Assembly: GCA_947085855.1 (NCBI GenBank)
Contig: CAMTYB010000002.1
Coordinates: 23,278 to 87,277, forward strand
From: an uncultured Candidatus Saccharibacteria bacterium
GTDB lineage: Bacteria > Patescibacteriota > Saccharimonadia > Saccharimonadales > 2-12-FULL-41-12
Length of the DNA: 64,000 nucleotides
Reading direction: 5' to 3'
Shown here: piece after piece, positions 1 through 11,677 of the stretch
Layout of the letters: each line of letters starts with the position of its first letter
How positions within the stretch are numbered: position 1 is the stretch's first letter
Notes under the pieces: model-generated
The model's input: only the letters and a program-made list of their open reading frames with translations
The model's database searches: none
What the model was told of the DNA's origin: nothing
Translations under genes and position numbers: made by a program

Positions 1-2
1 GT

Positions 3-539
3 CAGTTTGGTCTAGGTGAGCGTAAAACAGTTGACGACACGCCATATGGCGGCGGTGACGGAATGTTATTGCGGGTTGAGCCGTTGTTTGCTGCTATTGA
101 ATCCGCTAAAGAGCGTGACGCATCAGCAATCACCTACTTTATGTCGCCGCGTGGAGAGCGCTTGGTGCAAGCTCGCTCGCAAGCCATTGCCGATGAAGGT
201 AAGGGCATGATTATAGTCTGTGGCCGCTATGAAGGCATAGATGAGCGTGTTATGACACGGATTGACAGTCATGTGTCAGTTGGTGACTATGTAGTGACTG
301 GTGGTGAGCTACCGGCTATGCTGCTGGTTGATAGCGTGGTGCGACTTATACCTGGTGTACTCGGCGGTGAGCAAAGTGCCGAAATTGAAAGTTTTAGCGA
401 CGGTGAAACGCTGGAATTTCCGCAGTATACTCGGCCAGAAGAATTTCGGGGCATGAAGGTGCCTGATGTTCTTTTGACCGGAAATCATGCGGCGATAGCG
501 CAGTGGCGTGACGATAATTCCCAAAAAGCTAACCAATAG
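3..539 (+). CDS. trmD: tRNA (guanine37-N1)-methyltransferase TrmD, 5' end outside window
   Basis: Frame 3 is open from nt 3 (QFGLGERKTVDDTPYGGGDGML...) into listed ORF 63..539. TrmD motifs YGGGxGM, CGRYEGIDERV, SVGDYVVTGGELPAM. Confidence 0.9.
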   Translation, partial: QFGLGERKTVDDTPYGGGDGMLLRVEPLFAAIESAKERDASAITYFMSPRGERLVQARSQAIADEGKGMIIVCGRYEGIDERVMTRIDSHVSVGDYVVTGGELPAMLLVDSVVRLIPGVLGGEQSAEIESFSDGETLEFPQYTRPEEFRGMKVPDVLLTGNHAAIAQWRDDNSQKANQ

Positions 540-584
540 TTACTGAATAACTTGTATAATAAAAGTATAAACGAGGAGGGTCGC

Positions 585-1184
585 ATGTACACGTTACCAG
601 ATTTACCATATGCATATGATGCATTGGAGCCACATATCGACGCGGCGACCATGGAGCTACATCATAGCAAACACCATAAAACCTACATCGATAAGTTGAA
701 TGCTGCGCTCGAAGGCACTGATTTTGTCGAAACTCCAATCGAAGAATTACTTAAGCAACTCGATAAATTACCAGAAGCCAAGCGCACAGCCGTTCGCAAC
801 AATGGCGGCGGTCATTACAATCATAGTCTGTTTTGGCAATGGATGTCACCAGATGGCGGCGGCACGCCAAGCGGCAAACTAGCCGAGCAAATCAACGCTC
901 GTTTTGGTGACTTCGAAAAGTTCAAAGAATTATTTGCAGCTGCAGCTGTCGCTCGTTTTGGTAGCGGTTGGGTATGGCTTATTCAGCGCGACGGTAAGCT
1001 TGAAATAACAAGCAGCCCTAACCAAGATTCGCCGTTGATTGAAGGAGGGGTTAAGCCATTACTCGGCCTGGACGTGTGGGAACACGCCTATTATTTGAAG
1101 TACCAAAACAAGCGACCCGATTACATTGAGGCCTGGTGGAACGTTGTTAATTGGCAGTACGTCGAGTCGCTCTACGAAAATTAA
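585..1184 (+). CDS. sodA: Fe/Mn superoxide dismutase
   Basis: [57 protein letters not shown] 585 follows GAGGAGG at 574-580; the listed 552 start is an upstream extension. Confidence 0.93.
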   Translation: MYTLPDLPYAYDALEPHIDAATMELHHSKHHKTYIDKLNAALEGTDFVETPIEELLKQLDKLPEAKRTAVRNNGGGHYNHSLFWQWMSPDGGGTPSGKLAEQINARFGDFEKFKELFAAAAVARFGSGWVWLIQRDGKLEITSSPNQDSPLIEGGVKPLLGLDVWEHAYYLKYQNKRPDYIEAWWNVVNWQYVESLYEN

Positions 1185-4100
1185 GAACGCTGACTGATCC
1201 AATCATAGGCATTCATAAATAATTTGAACCACGGACCTTCTATTTCCCAGTCATTGGGATGCCATGATGATTGTTGACTGAGAAACGCCCGCTCTGGGTG
1301 TGGCATGAGGATAGTGGCTCGACCATCGTTACTGCTGAGTGCTGTGATGCCGAGTGGGCTACCGTTAGGATTCAGCGGATATGCGGTAGTCACGGCATTG
1401 TAATTATCAACGTACTGCAATGGCACGCAGCCGTTATGTATGAGCTTGGTCAGTGATTGCTTGTTGTTGTCGGTAAATTCGGCTCGACCTTCGCCATGTG
1501 CTACTGGAATCGGCAGGTACGAGCCTTCCATGCCGGTAAAGAAGGCTGAGTTCGACTTATTAACCTGCACCATAACAAAGCGCGCCTCAAATTGTTCCGA
1601 TATATTTTTTTTGAATGCTGGCCAGTGTGCGGTGCCGGGGATAAGCTCCTTAAGTGCAGATAACATTTGGCAACCGTTACAAACGCCAAAGCTAAGCGTG
1701 TCGGTGCGTTCAAAGAAATCGGCAAATTCTTGGCGTAGCTTTTTGTTATACAAAATTGACTTTGCCCAACCTTCACCGGCGCCTAAAACATCTCCATAAG
1801 AAAAGCCCCCGCAAACGGCTAGAAGTGAAAAGTCCGCCAAGCTGACGGTCCCACTTACAATGTCTTGCAGATGAACATCAACTGCTTCAAAACCGGCATA
1901 GTAAAAAGCGGCTGCCATTTCAACGTGGCCATTAACACCTTGCTCGCGCAAAATCGCTGCTCGTGGTCGTGTGCCGGTGGTTGAAGATGTAAGCTTTGGA
2001 ACGGTAAAGTTTATTACTGGCGAAATGCCAGGATCAGCAGCATCCGTTATGGCTGCAAACTCTGCGTCGGCAGCTGCTGGGTTATCGCGCAAGGCCTGAA
2101 TGCGATAACTGGTTTCGGCCCACCATTGTTCCAGCTGGACACGGCTATTTTCATATATGATGTTACCGGCTTGCGTAAAAGTGAGGGAAGGTGAGTCGCT
2201 TGGTCGGCCAATTTCATAGATGCAATCGCCCAGACTATCTTTTAGTTGGGCCGTTACTTTTTTGGCAACCGAAGCTTTAACCTGAATAACGGCACCCAGC
2301 TCCTCGCTAAAAAGAATGTCGCGGGCTTCACCCTTTATAGCGTCGAGTGAAATGTCTAGTCCGCAGTGGCTGGCGAAGGCCATTTCGCATAGTGTTGTCA
2401 GTAGACCACCGTCTGAACGATCATGATAGGCCAAGAGCTGATTATCGCGATGAAGTGCTTGGATGGCATCAAAGAATTTCTGAAGAATACCCGGCGCAAT
2501 ATCTGGAGTATCGCTACCGATCTGGTTATAAACCTGCGCTAAGATTGAGCCACCCAAACGATTTTGCGCTAAACCAAGGTCGATTAGGAGTAGTGTTGAT
2601 GGTTCGGTGGTATCGAGCTGCGGTGTCAATACTTGACGGACGTCTGGCACTGGTGCAAAGCCAGTGGCAATGAGCGACAAGGGTGATGTGATGGCTTTAT
2701 CTGACGCACCATCGTGCCAGGTAGTGCGCATGCTTAGTGAATCTTTACCGACAGGAATAGTTAGACCAAGTGGTGGACAGAAGTCTTCGCCGACAGCTGT
2801 AACGGCTTCAAATAAGGCTTGATCTTGATTGTCATGGCCGGCTGCCGCCATCCAGTTGGCCGATAATTTGATATCCGAAAGCTTGTTGAGCCGAGCGGCC
2901 GACATATTGGTAATAACTTCCCCGATAGCAATCCGTGCCGAAGCGGCACTGTTGATTACGGCCAGTGGCGTGCGCTCGCCTATAGCCATGGCTTCACCGG
3001 TTTTGCCAGTAAAGGTGCTGGCAGTGACAGCGACATCACTGACTGGAATTTGCCACGGTCCAACCATTTGGTCGCGTACTGTTAAGCCTCCAACGGTTCG
3101 ATCACCAATAGTAATCAGAAATTTTTTACTACCAACCGCAGGTGCCTTGAGGACTCTTTCAACTGCCTGCTCGAGCTTCATGGATGATGTCTGCAGAGCG
3201 GGCTGTGTCATAGTTTTATACTCAAACTGACGTGTCATTTTTGGCGGCTTGCCAAATAATAAATCCATTGGTATATCAACCGGGTTATTTTCGAATTTAG
3301 CATCGTGAACAATCAGCTGTTCCTTTTTGGTGGTTTCGCCAACGATGGCAAACGGGCAGCGCTCACGTTCGCAGAGTTTACGAAAAGCTTCGACGTCAGA
3401 TTTTTTGAGCCCGAGAACGTATCGCTCCTGAGCTTCGTTGCACCAAATTTCCATCGGTGACATGCCCGGTTCATCCGAAGGAATATTTCGCAACTCGATG
3501 GTTGCTCCAAGGTCTGAATCATGTACCAGTTCCGGTAAGGCATTCGAAAGGCCACCAGCACCGACATCGTGGATTGACACAATTGGATTATCGACGCCCA
3601 TACTCCAACAAGCATTTATCACTTCTTGAGCCCGACGCTGAATTTCTGGGTTGCCGCGTTGCACCGATGCAAAATCAAGTTGTTCATCGCTTGCACCAGT
3701 CTGCATGCTCGAAGCCGTGCCGCCACCAAGGCCAATTAACATAGCTGGCCCGCCGAGAACAATCAGCTGGTCGCCGGGTTGTAGGGCGTGCTTGTCGACA
3801 TCACGATTTTCGATTGTGCCGAGGCCACCAGCAATCATGATTGGTTTATGGTAACCCCATCTATCGATGGTAGAGTTTTGATCATTTTGTTCAAAGGTGC
3901 GGAAGTAGCCGGCTAGATTTGGTCGTCCGAATTCATTATTAAAAGCCGCACCACCCAGTGGTCCGACTAGCATGATTTCGAGTGGGGAAACTATTCTGTC
4001 TGGTTTACCATATGAATCTTCCCAAGGCTGAGTAAAATCAGGAATATGCAAATTTGAGACACTAAAGCCTGTTAAGCCCATTTTGGGTTTGGCGCCACGA

Positions 4101-5056
4101 CCGGTGGCTCCTTCGTCGCGTATTTCGCCGCCGGAGCCAGTGGCTGCGCCTGGAAATGGCGCTACAGCTGTCGGATGATTATGGGTTTCGACTTTTATAA
4201 CAAGGTTAGCTGTTTCTGAGTGAGTTTGATAATGCTTTGTCTGTGCGTTGGGATAAAAGCGGTCAACTGTTGGACCTTGCAAAACGGCAGCGTTGTCGGA
4301 ATAGGCCGATAAAATATTGTCAGCGTGCTTCTCGTACGTGTTACGGATTTTCTTAAACAAGCTTTTCGGTTGCTTATCTCCGTCAACTACCCAGTCTGCA
4401 TTGAAGATTTTGTGTCGGCAGTGCTCACTATTTACTGCCGAAAACATTACTAGTTCTGCATCGCTCGGATTCCGACCGATAGTACTATAAGCCTGAAATA
4501 AGTAGTCAATTTCATCGGACGCCAAAGCCAGGCCGAGCGCTTGGTTGGCTTCAGTCAAGTCGCCTTTGCCATTCTCTAGAATATTGATGGCTTTAAAGGT
4601 TGCTGGCTTTGTTTCTTTAAATAGAACAACTGCATCTGCCATATCATAGATAACGGTCTCAATCATTTTGTCGTGTAACAGATCTGATAGTAATACAAGG
4701 TCGATTTCTTCTCGACCGGTCAGGTGATAGGCTACGCCGCGCTCAATTCGTTCTACCTCGGCGAGGCCGGAATTATGGGCAATGTCGGTAGCCTTAGATG
4801 ACCATGGAGAAATCGTGCCAACTCGTGGAATGACAATGATGGTTTGTTTTGATGTGATCTCTGTAAAGGGCGAACCGTAGCTCAATAGTTTTTTGAGAGT
4901 GCCTTCGTCTGTGGCGTTTAGTTTTTTGTTGGTGTTAACAAAGTGGATATATTCGGCTGCTACATTAGTAACGCGCCCATCAATATTTTGGAGCTGTTCC
5001 AGGAGTTGCTTTTGTCGAAATTCAGACAGGGCATTGATGCCAGAGTATATTTTCAC
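1181..5056 (-). CDS. purL: phosphoribosylformylglycinamidine synthase, single-chain large type
   Basis: 1291 aa. FGAM synthetase body plus a C-terminal glutamine amidotransferase ([13 protein letters not shown]). 4-nt overlap with upstream purM. Confidence 0.95.
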   Translation of the reverse strand: MKIYSGINALSEFRQKQLLEQLQNIDGRVTNVAAEYIHFVNTNKKLNATDEGTLKKLLSYGSPFTEITSKQTIIVIPRVGTISPWSSKATDIAHNSGLAEVERIERGVAYHLTGREEIDLVLLSDLLHDKMIETVIYDMADAVVLFKETKPATFKAINILENGKGDLTEANQALGLALASDEIDYLFQAYSTIGRNPSDAELVMFSAVNSEHCRHKIFNADWVVDGDKQPKSLFKKIRNTYEKHADNILSAYSDNAAVLQGPTVDRFYPNAQTKHYQTHSETANLVIKVETHNHPTAVAPFPGAATGSGGEIRDEGATGRGAKPKMGLTGFSVSNLHIPDFTQPWEDSYGKPDRIVSPLEIMLVGPLGGAAFNNEFGRPNLAGYFRTFEQNDQNSTIDRWGYHKPIMIAGGLGTIENRDVDKHALQPGDQLIVLGGPAMLIGLGGGTASSMQTGASDEQLDFASVQRGNPEIQRRAQEVINACWSMGVDNPIVSIHDVGAGGLSNALPELVHDSDLGATIELRNIPSDEPGMSPMEIWCNEAQERYVLGLKKSDVEAFRKLCERERCPFAIVGETTKKEQLIVHDAKFENNPVDIPMDLLFGKPPKMTRQFEYKTMTQPALQTSSMKLEQAVERVLKAPAVGSKKFLITIGDRTVGGLTVRDQMVGPWQIPVSDVAVTASTFTGKTGEAMAIGERTPLAVINSAASARIAIGEVITNMSAARLNKLSDIKLSANWMAAAGHDNQDQALFEAVTAVGEDFCPPLGLTIPVGKDSLSMRTTWHDGASDKAITSPLSLIATGFAPVPDVRQVLTPQLDTTEPSTLLLIDLGLAQNRLGGSILAQVYNQIGSDTPDIAPGILQKFFDAIQALHRDNQLLAYHDRSDGGLLTTLCEMAFASHCGLDISLDAIKGEARDILFSEELGAVIQVKASVAKKVTAQLKDSLGDCIYEIGRPSDSPSLTFTQAGNIIYENSRVQLEQWWAETSYRIQALRDNPAAADAEFAAITDAADPGISPVINFTVPKLTSSTTGTRPRAAILREQGVNGHVEMAAAFYYAGFEAVDVHLQDIVSGTVSLADFSLLAVCGGFSYGDVLGAGEGWAKSILYNKKLRQEFADFFERTDTLSFGVCNGCQMLSALKELIPGTAHWPAFKKNISEQFEARFVMVQVNKSNSAFFTGMEGSYLPIPVAHGEGRAEFTDNNKQSLTKLIHNGCVPLQYVDNYNAVTTAYPLNPNGSPLGITALSSNDGRATILMPHPERAFLSQQSSWHPNDWEIEGPWFKLFMNAYDWISQRS

Positions 5057-6165
5057 GAGCGCACACCCAAGCTGTCGCCTTCAAAGGTAATGTTGAGTGG
5101 CTTTATGACAACCTTCTTGGGGCCGGTGGAAACGGTGCCGGCGTCCCAGGCTTGGAGGCCGACTTCTTGGGCGCTTGAAAGTGCTGCCTCAACTCCTTCA
5201 GCGGGGACATAAACAGCAAAGCCGGCTCCCATATTGAAGTTGCCGTACATTTCTTTGTTGTCCGCTCCAGCTTGTTTGGCAATATAGTCGAGCTCAACCG
5301 GAACTGGTGGCACGGTGGTCATCGTGTAGGTAAACGGCTGGGTTGCTCTCATTAACTTGCGCCAGCCATGACCAGTGACATTAACCATGTAGTGGATATC
5401 GATGTTCTTTTCTAATAATGCACGCACAAATGGCACATAGATGTGAGTCGGGCTGAGGAGAGCTTCGCCGTACATGCGGCCATTGCTGAGTTTAGTCGCG
5501 AAACCATCTGGCAATGTATCGGCAATGGAGCGTGCTAGGGTTAGGCCGTTAGCGTGAATGCCGCTACTTTCAACCAGGATGATATGGTCGCCATCGCTTA
5601 ATTTTTCACCGAGGACCAGTTTGCCTGGTGCGATGCTGCCGATAGCTGAGCCGGCTAAGTCGATAGTATCAGGGTTGATAATGCCCTTGAGGGCAGGAGT
5701 TTCACCGCCACCCCAGGTCGCGCCGGCGAGGTCGCACGCGGCTTTCCAGCCTTTGACCAAGTCACCACTACGTTCCTGATCATTCATCCAGTTAGAGTCG
5801 CCAATTGCGAAGTAGGCGTTGATGACGTTTGGTAAGGCGCCAACTACAATCAGGTCGTTGACTATCATAGCAACGGTGTCTTGGGCGATTTGATCGTAGT
5901 ACGTTCTATTGCCAATGGTACGCATAGCATCGGCCACTAGATTTTTTGTGCCAAGCCCTTCAACTACTAGAGCGCGATGACCGTCGCCTTCTTGCCAGAC
6001 ATAGGCAGATTCACCACGGCTGGCGGCAACTTCTTGCATGCCAAAAGATGTTAAGTTGTCGGCCGTAGCGGCGGCTGCCTGCTGGGCCGAAACTTTTACA
6101 GGATCAATTGAGCCGTAGTCTACCCCCGACTGAGAATAGGTGAGCTTTTTATTGTTGGTCCCCAT
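5053..6165 (-). CDS. purM: phosphoribosylformylglycinamidine cyclo-ligase (AIR synthetase)
   Basis: 370 aa. LTYSQSGVDYG N-terminus, a PurM-like AIR synthase N and C domain pattern, and position directly upstream of purL. Confidence 0.85.
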   Translation of the reverse strand: MGTNNKKLTYSQSGVDYGSIDPVKVSAQQAAAATADNLTSFGMQEVAASRGESAYVWQEGDGHRALVVEGLGTKNLVADAMRTIGNRTYYDQIAQDTVAMIVNDLIVVGALPNVINAYFAIGDSNWMNDQERSGDLVKGWKAACDLAGATWGGGETPALKGIINPDTIDLAGSAIGSIAPGKLVLGEKLSDGDHIILVESSGIHANGLTLARSIADTLPDGFATKLSNGRMYGEALLSPTHIYVPFVRALLEKNIDIHYMVNVTGHGWRKLMRATQPFTYTMTTVPPVPVELDYIAKQAGADNKEMYGNFNMGAGFAVYVPAEGVEAALSSAQEVGLQAWDAGTVSTGPKKVVIKPLNITFEGDSLGVRS

Positions 6166-6184
6166 TGCTTCTAAGTGTAGATAA

Positions 6185-6721
6185 TTACGCTATATGCTGC
6201 AAGACAAAGTCAGCACGTTCCTTAGGTGGCATAACCGGAACTTCTATAACTTCGAGACCGCTCGACTCGTAGGCGTCTCTGAGTAGATCATGAAGCTTGG
6301 CAACAAAATCGGCCGATTCGGTACGAGCATAGTCTTCTTCAAACATATCCAGTTGATTCAGTAAGAAGACTTTTTGGTAAGAGTGAGCTTTGCAGGCATT
6401 TTCAATAGCCTCGTTAATTCGATAATTATAGGCCTTACAGTATGCGATTGTGTCGTGAAGGCCACGATCGAGGAAGACGACAATATCATTTGCTGCCTCA
6501 GATAGCTTTTGTTCAATCTTAATTTTTCGGTCAAAAACCTTATTTTGAAAGGCTTCCTCGTCGGCTCTGAGTTGCTCAAGTGTATGACCGGCTGCTAAGC
6601 CCTCATCGATTACGAGACGGGCTGCCTCGGGCACAGTAGTCAGGCCATGTTTTGTGAGCTCTGCTAGGAGAGTAGTTTTACCGGTAGAGGGTCCACCTGT
6701 AATTACAAACCATTGCTTCAT
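6185..6721 (-). CDS. P-loop ATPase/kinase, AAA_28 (NadR ribosylnicotinamide-kinase-like) family
   Basis: Walker A ITGGPSTGKTTLL at the N-terminus, 178 aa, embedded in the pur operon. Confidence 0.6.
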   Translation of the reverse strand: MKQWFVITGGPSTGKTTLLAELTKHGLTTVPEAARLVIDEGLAAGHTLEQLRADEEAFQNKVFDRKIKIEQKLSEAANDIVVFLDRGLHDTIAYCKAYNYRINEAIENACKAHSYQKVFLLNQLDMFEEDYARTESADFVAKLHDLLRDAYESSGLEVIEVPVMPPKERADFVLQHIA

Positions 6722-7563
6722 GACTTGGTGTTTCCTTGACCAGTGCCGTTAAGTGAAATGTGTCCCAGACCAAGCCGTACATTGGTAAGTTCATGCCAGC
6801 CGTCAGCTGGGTTATCTGGCGATATATGTATGAATTGTGTATCGCAATTGCGGGCTAAGCCGCCATCTTTTTCTTTGGAGTCGCCTACGATGATGATTCG
6901 ATCGTTTAGCGAGGGGTCGCCAAGCAGCGTGCTTGGCTGGTTGTGGTGGGCAAGCCATAAAGTCTTGATAATGGAAACTGGCATGATTGACGGCTTTGCC
7001 AGTTGCTCCGGTGGCAGGGACGAGTTGAGGCCACGGATAGTCTCGTCGGTTACCATGATTTCTGGTTCGACTAATTTAGATTGTGCTAAACATTTGCGGA
7101 TGAATGAAGCATGGCCAGCCGAAGCGATAGCTTGAGATATGGGTGCGCCATCTTCTTTAGCGGCTGTAACCTGCTGCCAGTGTTCCAAGAAGCCTGGAAC
7201 TGGTCGGGGCCATAGCTCGCCATCTTGGAGTTCGCGACCGATCTGACCTGCCAGTACATTGAGTTTGGCGCCGACTAATTCACCAGTTAAGCGATCAAGA
7301 CCAGCGAGGGTGCAATCGGGAGCTAGACTGTTTACGATTTCGAGTGGTGTCCGGTTTTGGTGCTCGCCATCGTCGATGTAGCGTCGCAGAGCATCCTTAT
7401 CAAAGTAAAATACTTCCTCTATGGCGATGCGGTAGGCTTCATCAACTCCATAAATTTGTCGACTTGGATCAGCTTCAAATGTTTCGTACATGGTGCCATC
7501 GAAGTCATAAATATTGAGAACGTGTTGACTGAAATCTGATTCTGGTTGTGCGACGCGATTCAT
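6718..7563 (-). CDS. HAD-superfamily hydrolase/phosphatase
   Basis: Motif I IYDFDGTMYETF (DxDGT) and C-terminal IIIVGDSKEKDG. 4-nt overlap with the downstream ATPase gene. Confidence 0.6.
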   Translation of the reverse strand: MNRVAQPESDFSQHVLNIYDFDGTMYETFEADPSRQIYGVDEAYRIAIEEVFYFDKDALRRYIDDGEHQNRTPLEIVNSLAPDCTLAGLDRLTGELVGAKLNVLAGQIGRELQDGELWPRPVPGFLEHWQQVTAAKEDGAPISQAIASAGHASFIRKCLAQSKLVEPEIMVTDETIRGLNSSLPPEQLAKPSIMPVSIIKTLWLAHHNQPSTLLGDPSLNDRIIIVGDSKEKDGGLARNCDTQFIHISPDNPADGWHELTNVRLGLGHISLNGTGQGNTKS

Positions 7564-7574
7564 AAAGTGCCTCC

Positions 7575-8102
7575 TTATTCTTCCTTGAGTAGCGACTGCC
7601 AGCCTTTTGTCTGGGCTTGCGCATCATCTTGCAAGACGGCCTTTTTCAGGCCAGCTCGGTACGCTGAATACTGCTTGGCAAGGCCAGAATCTTGAAGAGA
7701 TAGTATTTCAATTGCGAGCAAGGCAGCATGATGAGCGCCGTTTTCAGGCACCACAGCCAGCGGTATACCAGGTGGCATTTCAATGCTCGAATATAACGCA
7801 GCCGGAGCTCGCCCGGGTCGTTTAATCGGCACTGCTATAACAGGTAGCGGAGTATGTGAGGCGGTCATACCAGGCAAATGAGCTGAGCCACCGGCACCAG
7901 CAATGATGAGTTTGAGGCCGCGTTCTTGGGCAGAAGCAGCGTAGTCTGTCATGGCGTCAGGTGTGCGGTGAGCAGAGATAATTCGGACCTCATGGGAGAC
8001 ATTGAATTCACTCAGAACTTCAGCAGCGACCCGCATGATATCAAGGTCCGATTTGGAACCCATGATTATGCCAACTTGGAAGTGCTTGGTATCGTTCTTC
8101 AT
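7575..8102 (-). CDS. purE: N5-carboxyaminoimidazole ribonucleotide mutase
   Basis: VGIIMGSKSDLDIM, SAHRTPD, GAGGSAHLPGM. Confidence 0.93.
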   Translation of the reverse strand: MKNDTKHFQVGIIMGSKSDLDIMRVAAEVLSEFNVSHEVRIISAHRTPDAMTDYAASAQERGLKLIIAGAGGSAHLPGMTASHTPLPVIAVPIKRPGRAPAALYSSIEMPPGIPLAVVPENGAHHAALLAIEILSLQDSGLAKQYSAYRAGLKKAVLQDDAQAQTKGWQSLLKEE

Positions 8103-9229
8103 ATGCTAATCGATTGCTCTGCCTGCAACGCCCGCTCCAACGTTTGTTTTATAGTATCACCGGTTGCCGTAATGTGTCCCATCTTTCTGTCGAGCTTTGT
8201 CATAAATTTACCGTAGAAATGCACATTAACATGATCAAGTGATAGGGCTGTATGAATGCCATCAAGCTGGGCTTCACCATCTCGTTTACCGAGAATATTA
8301 CGCATGACGGCATACGGTGCAGTTAGCTTTGTGCTGCCCAGTGGCAGGTTGCTGATAGCCCGGATGTGTTGCTCGAACTGTGAAGTTACGCTGGCGTCAA
8401 TCGTAAAGTGCCCAGAGTTGTGGACGCGTGGCGCGATTTCATTAATCATTAACGAACCATCATCCAGCAAAAAAAACTCAACTGCAAACAAGCCAGCTCC
8501 CTCTAGTTTGCTAATTGCTTCGGTGGCAAGTTTGACGGCTTTGGATTGGATCGTTTTAGAGAAACGGGCAGGAGTAATTGTCTGAATGCAAATGCTGCGC
8601 TCATGAAATGTTTCTGTCACGGGGTACGTCTGAGTGTTGCCCTTCATATCTTTGGCGACGAGTACGGCCAACTCTTGCTGGAATGGTACAGCCGCTTCAA
8701 CGTATAGCTGCTTGTCTTTGAAGTGTTGCAAGGCTTCCGTAAGTTCTTTTGAACTTGAAACGGTGGCGTTGCCGCGACCGTCAAAAGCGCCATGACGAGT
8801 TTTGAGGAAAACTTTTTGGCCATGCTTTTTCATGAAATTGCGAACATCTGTAGCTGAGTCAACTTGTTGAAACGGTGCTACCGGTAGATCGTGTTTCTGT
8901 AAGAACTCTTTTTGTTGGTATTTGTCTTGAATCAAAGCAATCGTGTCGGGGTGAGGATTCACCGGGACACCAGCTTCGGCAATCTTTTTAAGCGTTTTAG
9001 TTTCGAGATGTTCAATTTCGATGGTGATAAAGTCAGCTTGTTTAGCAAGTCTGTGCAGGGCATCGGAATCGTAAAGATTGGCTTTGATTTGTTTGGCGCC
9101 AACTTGGGCGGCGGGGCAGTTTTCGTTAGGGTCAACTACGACAACGGTAAAGCCAAGTGGTATAGCTGCTTGGGTGAGCATCCGCCCAAGTTGGCCCCCT
9201 CCCACAATACCGATGACCGGCTGTTTCAT
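8099..9229 (-). CDS. purK: N5-carboxyaminoimidazole ribonucleotide synthase (ATP-grasp)
   Basis: IGIVGGGQLGRML N-terminus, ATP-grasp body, 4-nt overlap with purE. Confidence 0.9.
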   Translation of the reverse strand: MKQPVIGIVGGGQLGRMLTQAAIPLGFTVVVVDPNENCPAAQVGAKQIKANLYDSDALHRLAKQADFITIEIEHLETKTLKKIAEAGVPVNPHPDTIALIQDKYQQKEFLQKHDLPVAPFQQVDSATDVRNFMKKHGQKVFLKTRHGAFDGRGNATVSSSKELTEALQHFKDKQLYVEAAVPFQQELAVLVAKDMKGNTQTYPVTETFHERSICIQTITPARFSKTIQSKAVKLATEAISKLEGAGLFAVEFFLLDDGSLMINEIAPRVHNSGHFTIDASVTSQFEQHIRAISNLPLGSTKLTAPYAVMRNILGKRDGEAQLDGIHTALSLDHVNVHFYGKFMTKLDRKMGHITATGDTIKQTLERALQAEQSISI

Positions 9230-9301
9230 ATGGCTATAATAGCTTATTCAGTCTAATTTTTACTATTTTATGTTCTTAATCCGCGCTACAATAATGCCAC
9301 T

Positions 9302-10270
9302 ATGCCTATCTTATCTACTAACTACGAGTTTCCGGGACAAACAAATGTCTACAAAGGTAAAGTACGAGACGTCTACACAATTAATGATACGTTAATAGTT
9401 TCGGTTGCGACCGACCGCATCTCTGCTTTTGATGTAATTCTTGAGCGACCTATTCCGTATAAGGGCCAAGTTTTGAATCAACTAGCAGCTCATTTTCTAG
9501 AAGCCACTGAGGATATTGCGCCAAACTGGCTACAGACAGTACCTGACCCCAACGTTTCAATAGGCAAAAAGTGTAAGCCTTTTGCGATTGAAATGGTCAT
9601 ACGGGGGTGCTTAGTAGGTCATGCGTGGCGGGTCTATCAGGCTGGCGTGCGCGAACTAAGTGGTGTGCAGCTGCCCGATGGCCTGCAAGAATACGATACA
9701 TTTGAGGAGCCATTGATAACGCCATCAACCAAGGCTACATCAGGTCACGACGAAGATATCAGTGGCGTCGACATTATTGAGCAAGGCTTGGCAACAGAAG
9801 AGGAATTTGAACGCTTGTCTATTCTGTCACGACAACTTTTTATTAAAGGGAAGCAGATGGCACGGGCGCAGGGTCTGGTATTGGCAGATACCAAATATGA
9901 GTTTGGCATGTGTGATGGCGAGATCTATGTCATTGATGAAATTCATACGCCAGACTCATCTCGGTATTTTTATGCCGATAGCTACGATGAATTTATTGCT
10001 GACCGTAGCAAGCCAGCGCCAAAGCACTTATCAAAAGAATTCGTTCGCCAGTGGCTACTGGATTTAGGTTTTAGTGGTCTCGATGGTCAAGTTCAGCCGG
10101 CGATGGACGATGAATTTATAGAAGCAGTCTCGAATCGTTATATAGAATTATTTGAGCAGCTGACCGGTAAATCATTTGAACGGCCCGATGACTCGGTTGA
10201 TGCTGAAGTGCGAATTGAAGCAAATGTCCGCGAGGCACTCAAGGCAGTCCGGGACAAGGAGGCGGCATGA
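9302..10270 (+). CDS. purC: phosphoribosylaminoimidazole-succinocarboxamide synthase
   Basis: VYKGKVRDVY, RISAFD, LADTKYEFG. Long-form SAICAR synthetase (322 aa). Confidence 0.9.
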   Translation: MPILSTNYEFPGQTNVYKGKVRDVYTINDTLIVSVATDRISAFDVILERPIPYKGQVLNQLAAHFLEATEDIAPNWLQTVPDPNVSIGKKCKPFAIEMVIRGCLVGHAWRVYQAGVRELSGVQLPDGLQEYDTFEEPLITPSTKATSGHDEDISGVDIIEQGLATEEEFERLSILSRQLFIKGKQMARAQGLVLADTKYEFGMCDGEIYVIDEIHTPDSSRYFYADSYDEFIADRSKPAPKHLSKEFVRQWLLDLGFSGLDGQVQPAMDDEFIEAVSNRYIELFEQLTGKSFERPDDSVDAEVRIEANVREALKAVRDKEAA

Positions 10271-11676
10271 CATACCAGCTACGGCCAATATCCCTGCTGA
10301 CGCAGGGCGGTGCTAATTTTGATGGCATTGATCCACTCGATGGTCGATATTTCGATCAAGATGTTGCTCGTTTTATTTCAGAACGTAGCCGCATTGCGTA
10401 TCAGGCGCACATTGAGGCAGCACTGGCTTTGACGTTGGCGGAGTTCGATATTTGCTCAGCTGAGGTTGCAGAAGAAATTGCCGAAGCTGCAAGCGAGGTG
10501 GTGGCCGAAGATGTTTACATCGAAGAGCAGCTGACCAGGCACGACATTAAGGCACTCGTAAATACTATCAAGAAAAACATTTCTGATGATGCCAAGCCGT
10601 TCGTTCATTTTGGAGCCACATCATATGACATTATTGCTACGGCCCAGGCCTTGCAAATGAAGTCAGTCATTCAAGAGAGCGTATTGCCGGCCTTCAAACT
10701 GCTACTCAAGACGTTAGCTGATATGGCGGTTAAGTATGCTGACACGCCTCAAGTTGGTCGTACTCACGGACAACACGCTGTGCCGATTACGTTTGGCTTT
10801 GCGATGGCGGAGTATGTGGCTCGGCTTGACGAGACAATTAGCAAAATTGAGGCACTGAGCAATGAGTTGCATGGTAAATTCTCTGGCGCAGTCGGTGCCT
10901 ACAATGCGCTCAGTGTTTTTGTGGACGATCCTTTGAAGTTTGAAGAAAGCGTACTGGCAAAAGTCGGTTTGCAGCCAGCCCCGTATGCAACGCAAATTGT
11001 GCCGCCCGAAGGTATGGTGCGTTTGATTAATGAAATGGCCATTGCAGCCGGTATTTTGGCAAATCTATCGCACGACATGCGTCACTTGCAGCGAACAGAG
11101 ATTGCTGAGGTACGTGAAAAATTTGAACCGGGCCAAACTGGCTCATCAACCATGGCCCATAAACGTAATCCCTGGAACTTTGAGAACGTTATCAGCTTGC
11201 GCAAGCAGATCGTTGGCCAAGCACTCAATGCTAACCTCAATCTAGCTAGTGAGCACCAGCGAGACTTGACCGATTCAGCCTCATCTCGCTTCTATGTACT
11301 GGTGCCCGCGTTGTTGGCCAATATGATTAAACGCCTCTATAAAGTTATGGGCAAAATGGAAATCGACGAAACGGCCATGCAGCGAAATCTTGACTTGAGT
11401 GCTGGCGCCATTGCGGCCGAACCGCTTTATTTATTGCTTGAAAAGTATGGCCATACTCAGGCTCACGAAATGGCCAAGCAAATTGCTCACGACGCTTTGC
11501 ACAGAGGCGTATCATTGGCTGATGCCGTGCAAGCCGATGAAGACGGCGCAGTGTACTGGAAAAAATTTTCTGCCAAGGAACGGGCTATTATCGAGCATCC
11601 AGATAAAAAATACACAGGACTATCGGCTAAGAAGACGCGCTTAATTGTTAAGCAAGCGAACAACATAAAGGCGTAG
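10267..11676 (+). CDS. purB: adenylosuccinate lyase
   Basis: Fumarate-lyase signature GSSTMAHKRNP. 4-nt overlap with purC. Confidence 0.92.
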   Translation: MTYQLRPISLLTQGGANFDGIDPLDGRYFDQDVARFISERSRIAYQAHIEAALALTLAEFDICSAEVAEEIAEAASEVVAEDVYIEEQLTRHDIKALVNTIKKNISDDAKPFVHFGATSYDIIATAQALQMKSVIQESVLPAFKLLLKTLADMAVKYADTPQVGRTHGQHAVPITFGFAMAEYVARLDETISKIEALSNELHGKFSGAVGAYNALSVFVDDPLKFEESVLAKVGLQPAPYATQIVPPEGMVRLINEMAIAAGILANLSHDMRHLQRTEIAEVREKFEPGQTGSSTMAHKRNPWNFENVISLRKQIVGQALNANLNLASEHQRDLTDSASSRFYVLVPALLANMIKRLYKVMGKMEIDETAMQRNLDLSAGAIAAEPLYLLLEKYGHTQAHEMAKQIAHDALHRGVSLADAVQADEDGAVYWKKFSAKERAIIEHPDKKYTGLSAKKTRLIVKQANNIKA

Positions 11677-11677
11677 T

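Noticed and set aside
1271-5090. About 15 short ORFs on both strands inside purL (e.g. 1440..1799, 2347..2673, 2829..3230, 3313..3615)
   Set aside because: They are embedded in a 1291-aa gene with unambiguous PurL similarity. They are typical shadow ORFs.
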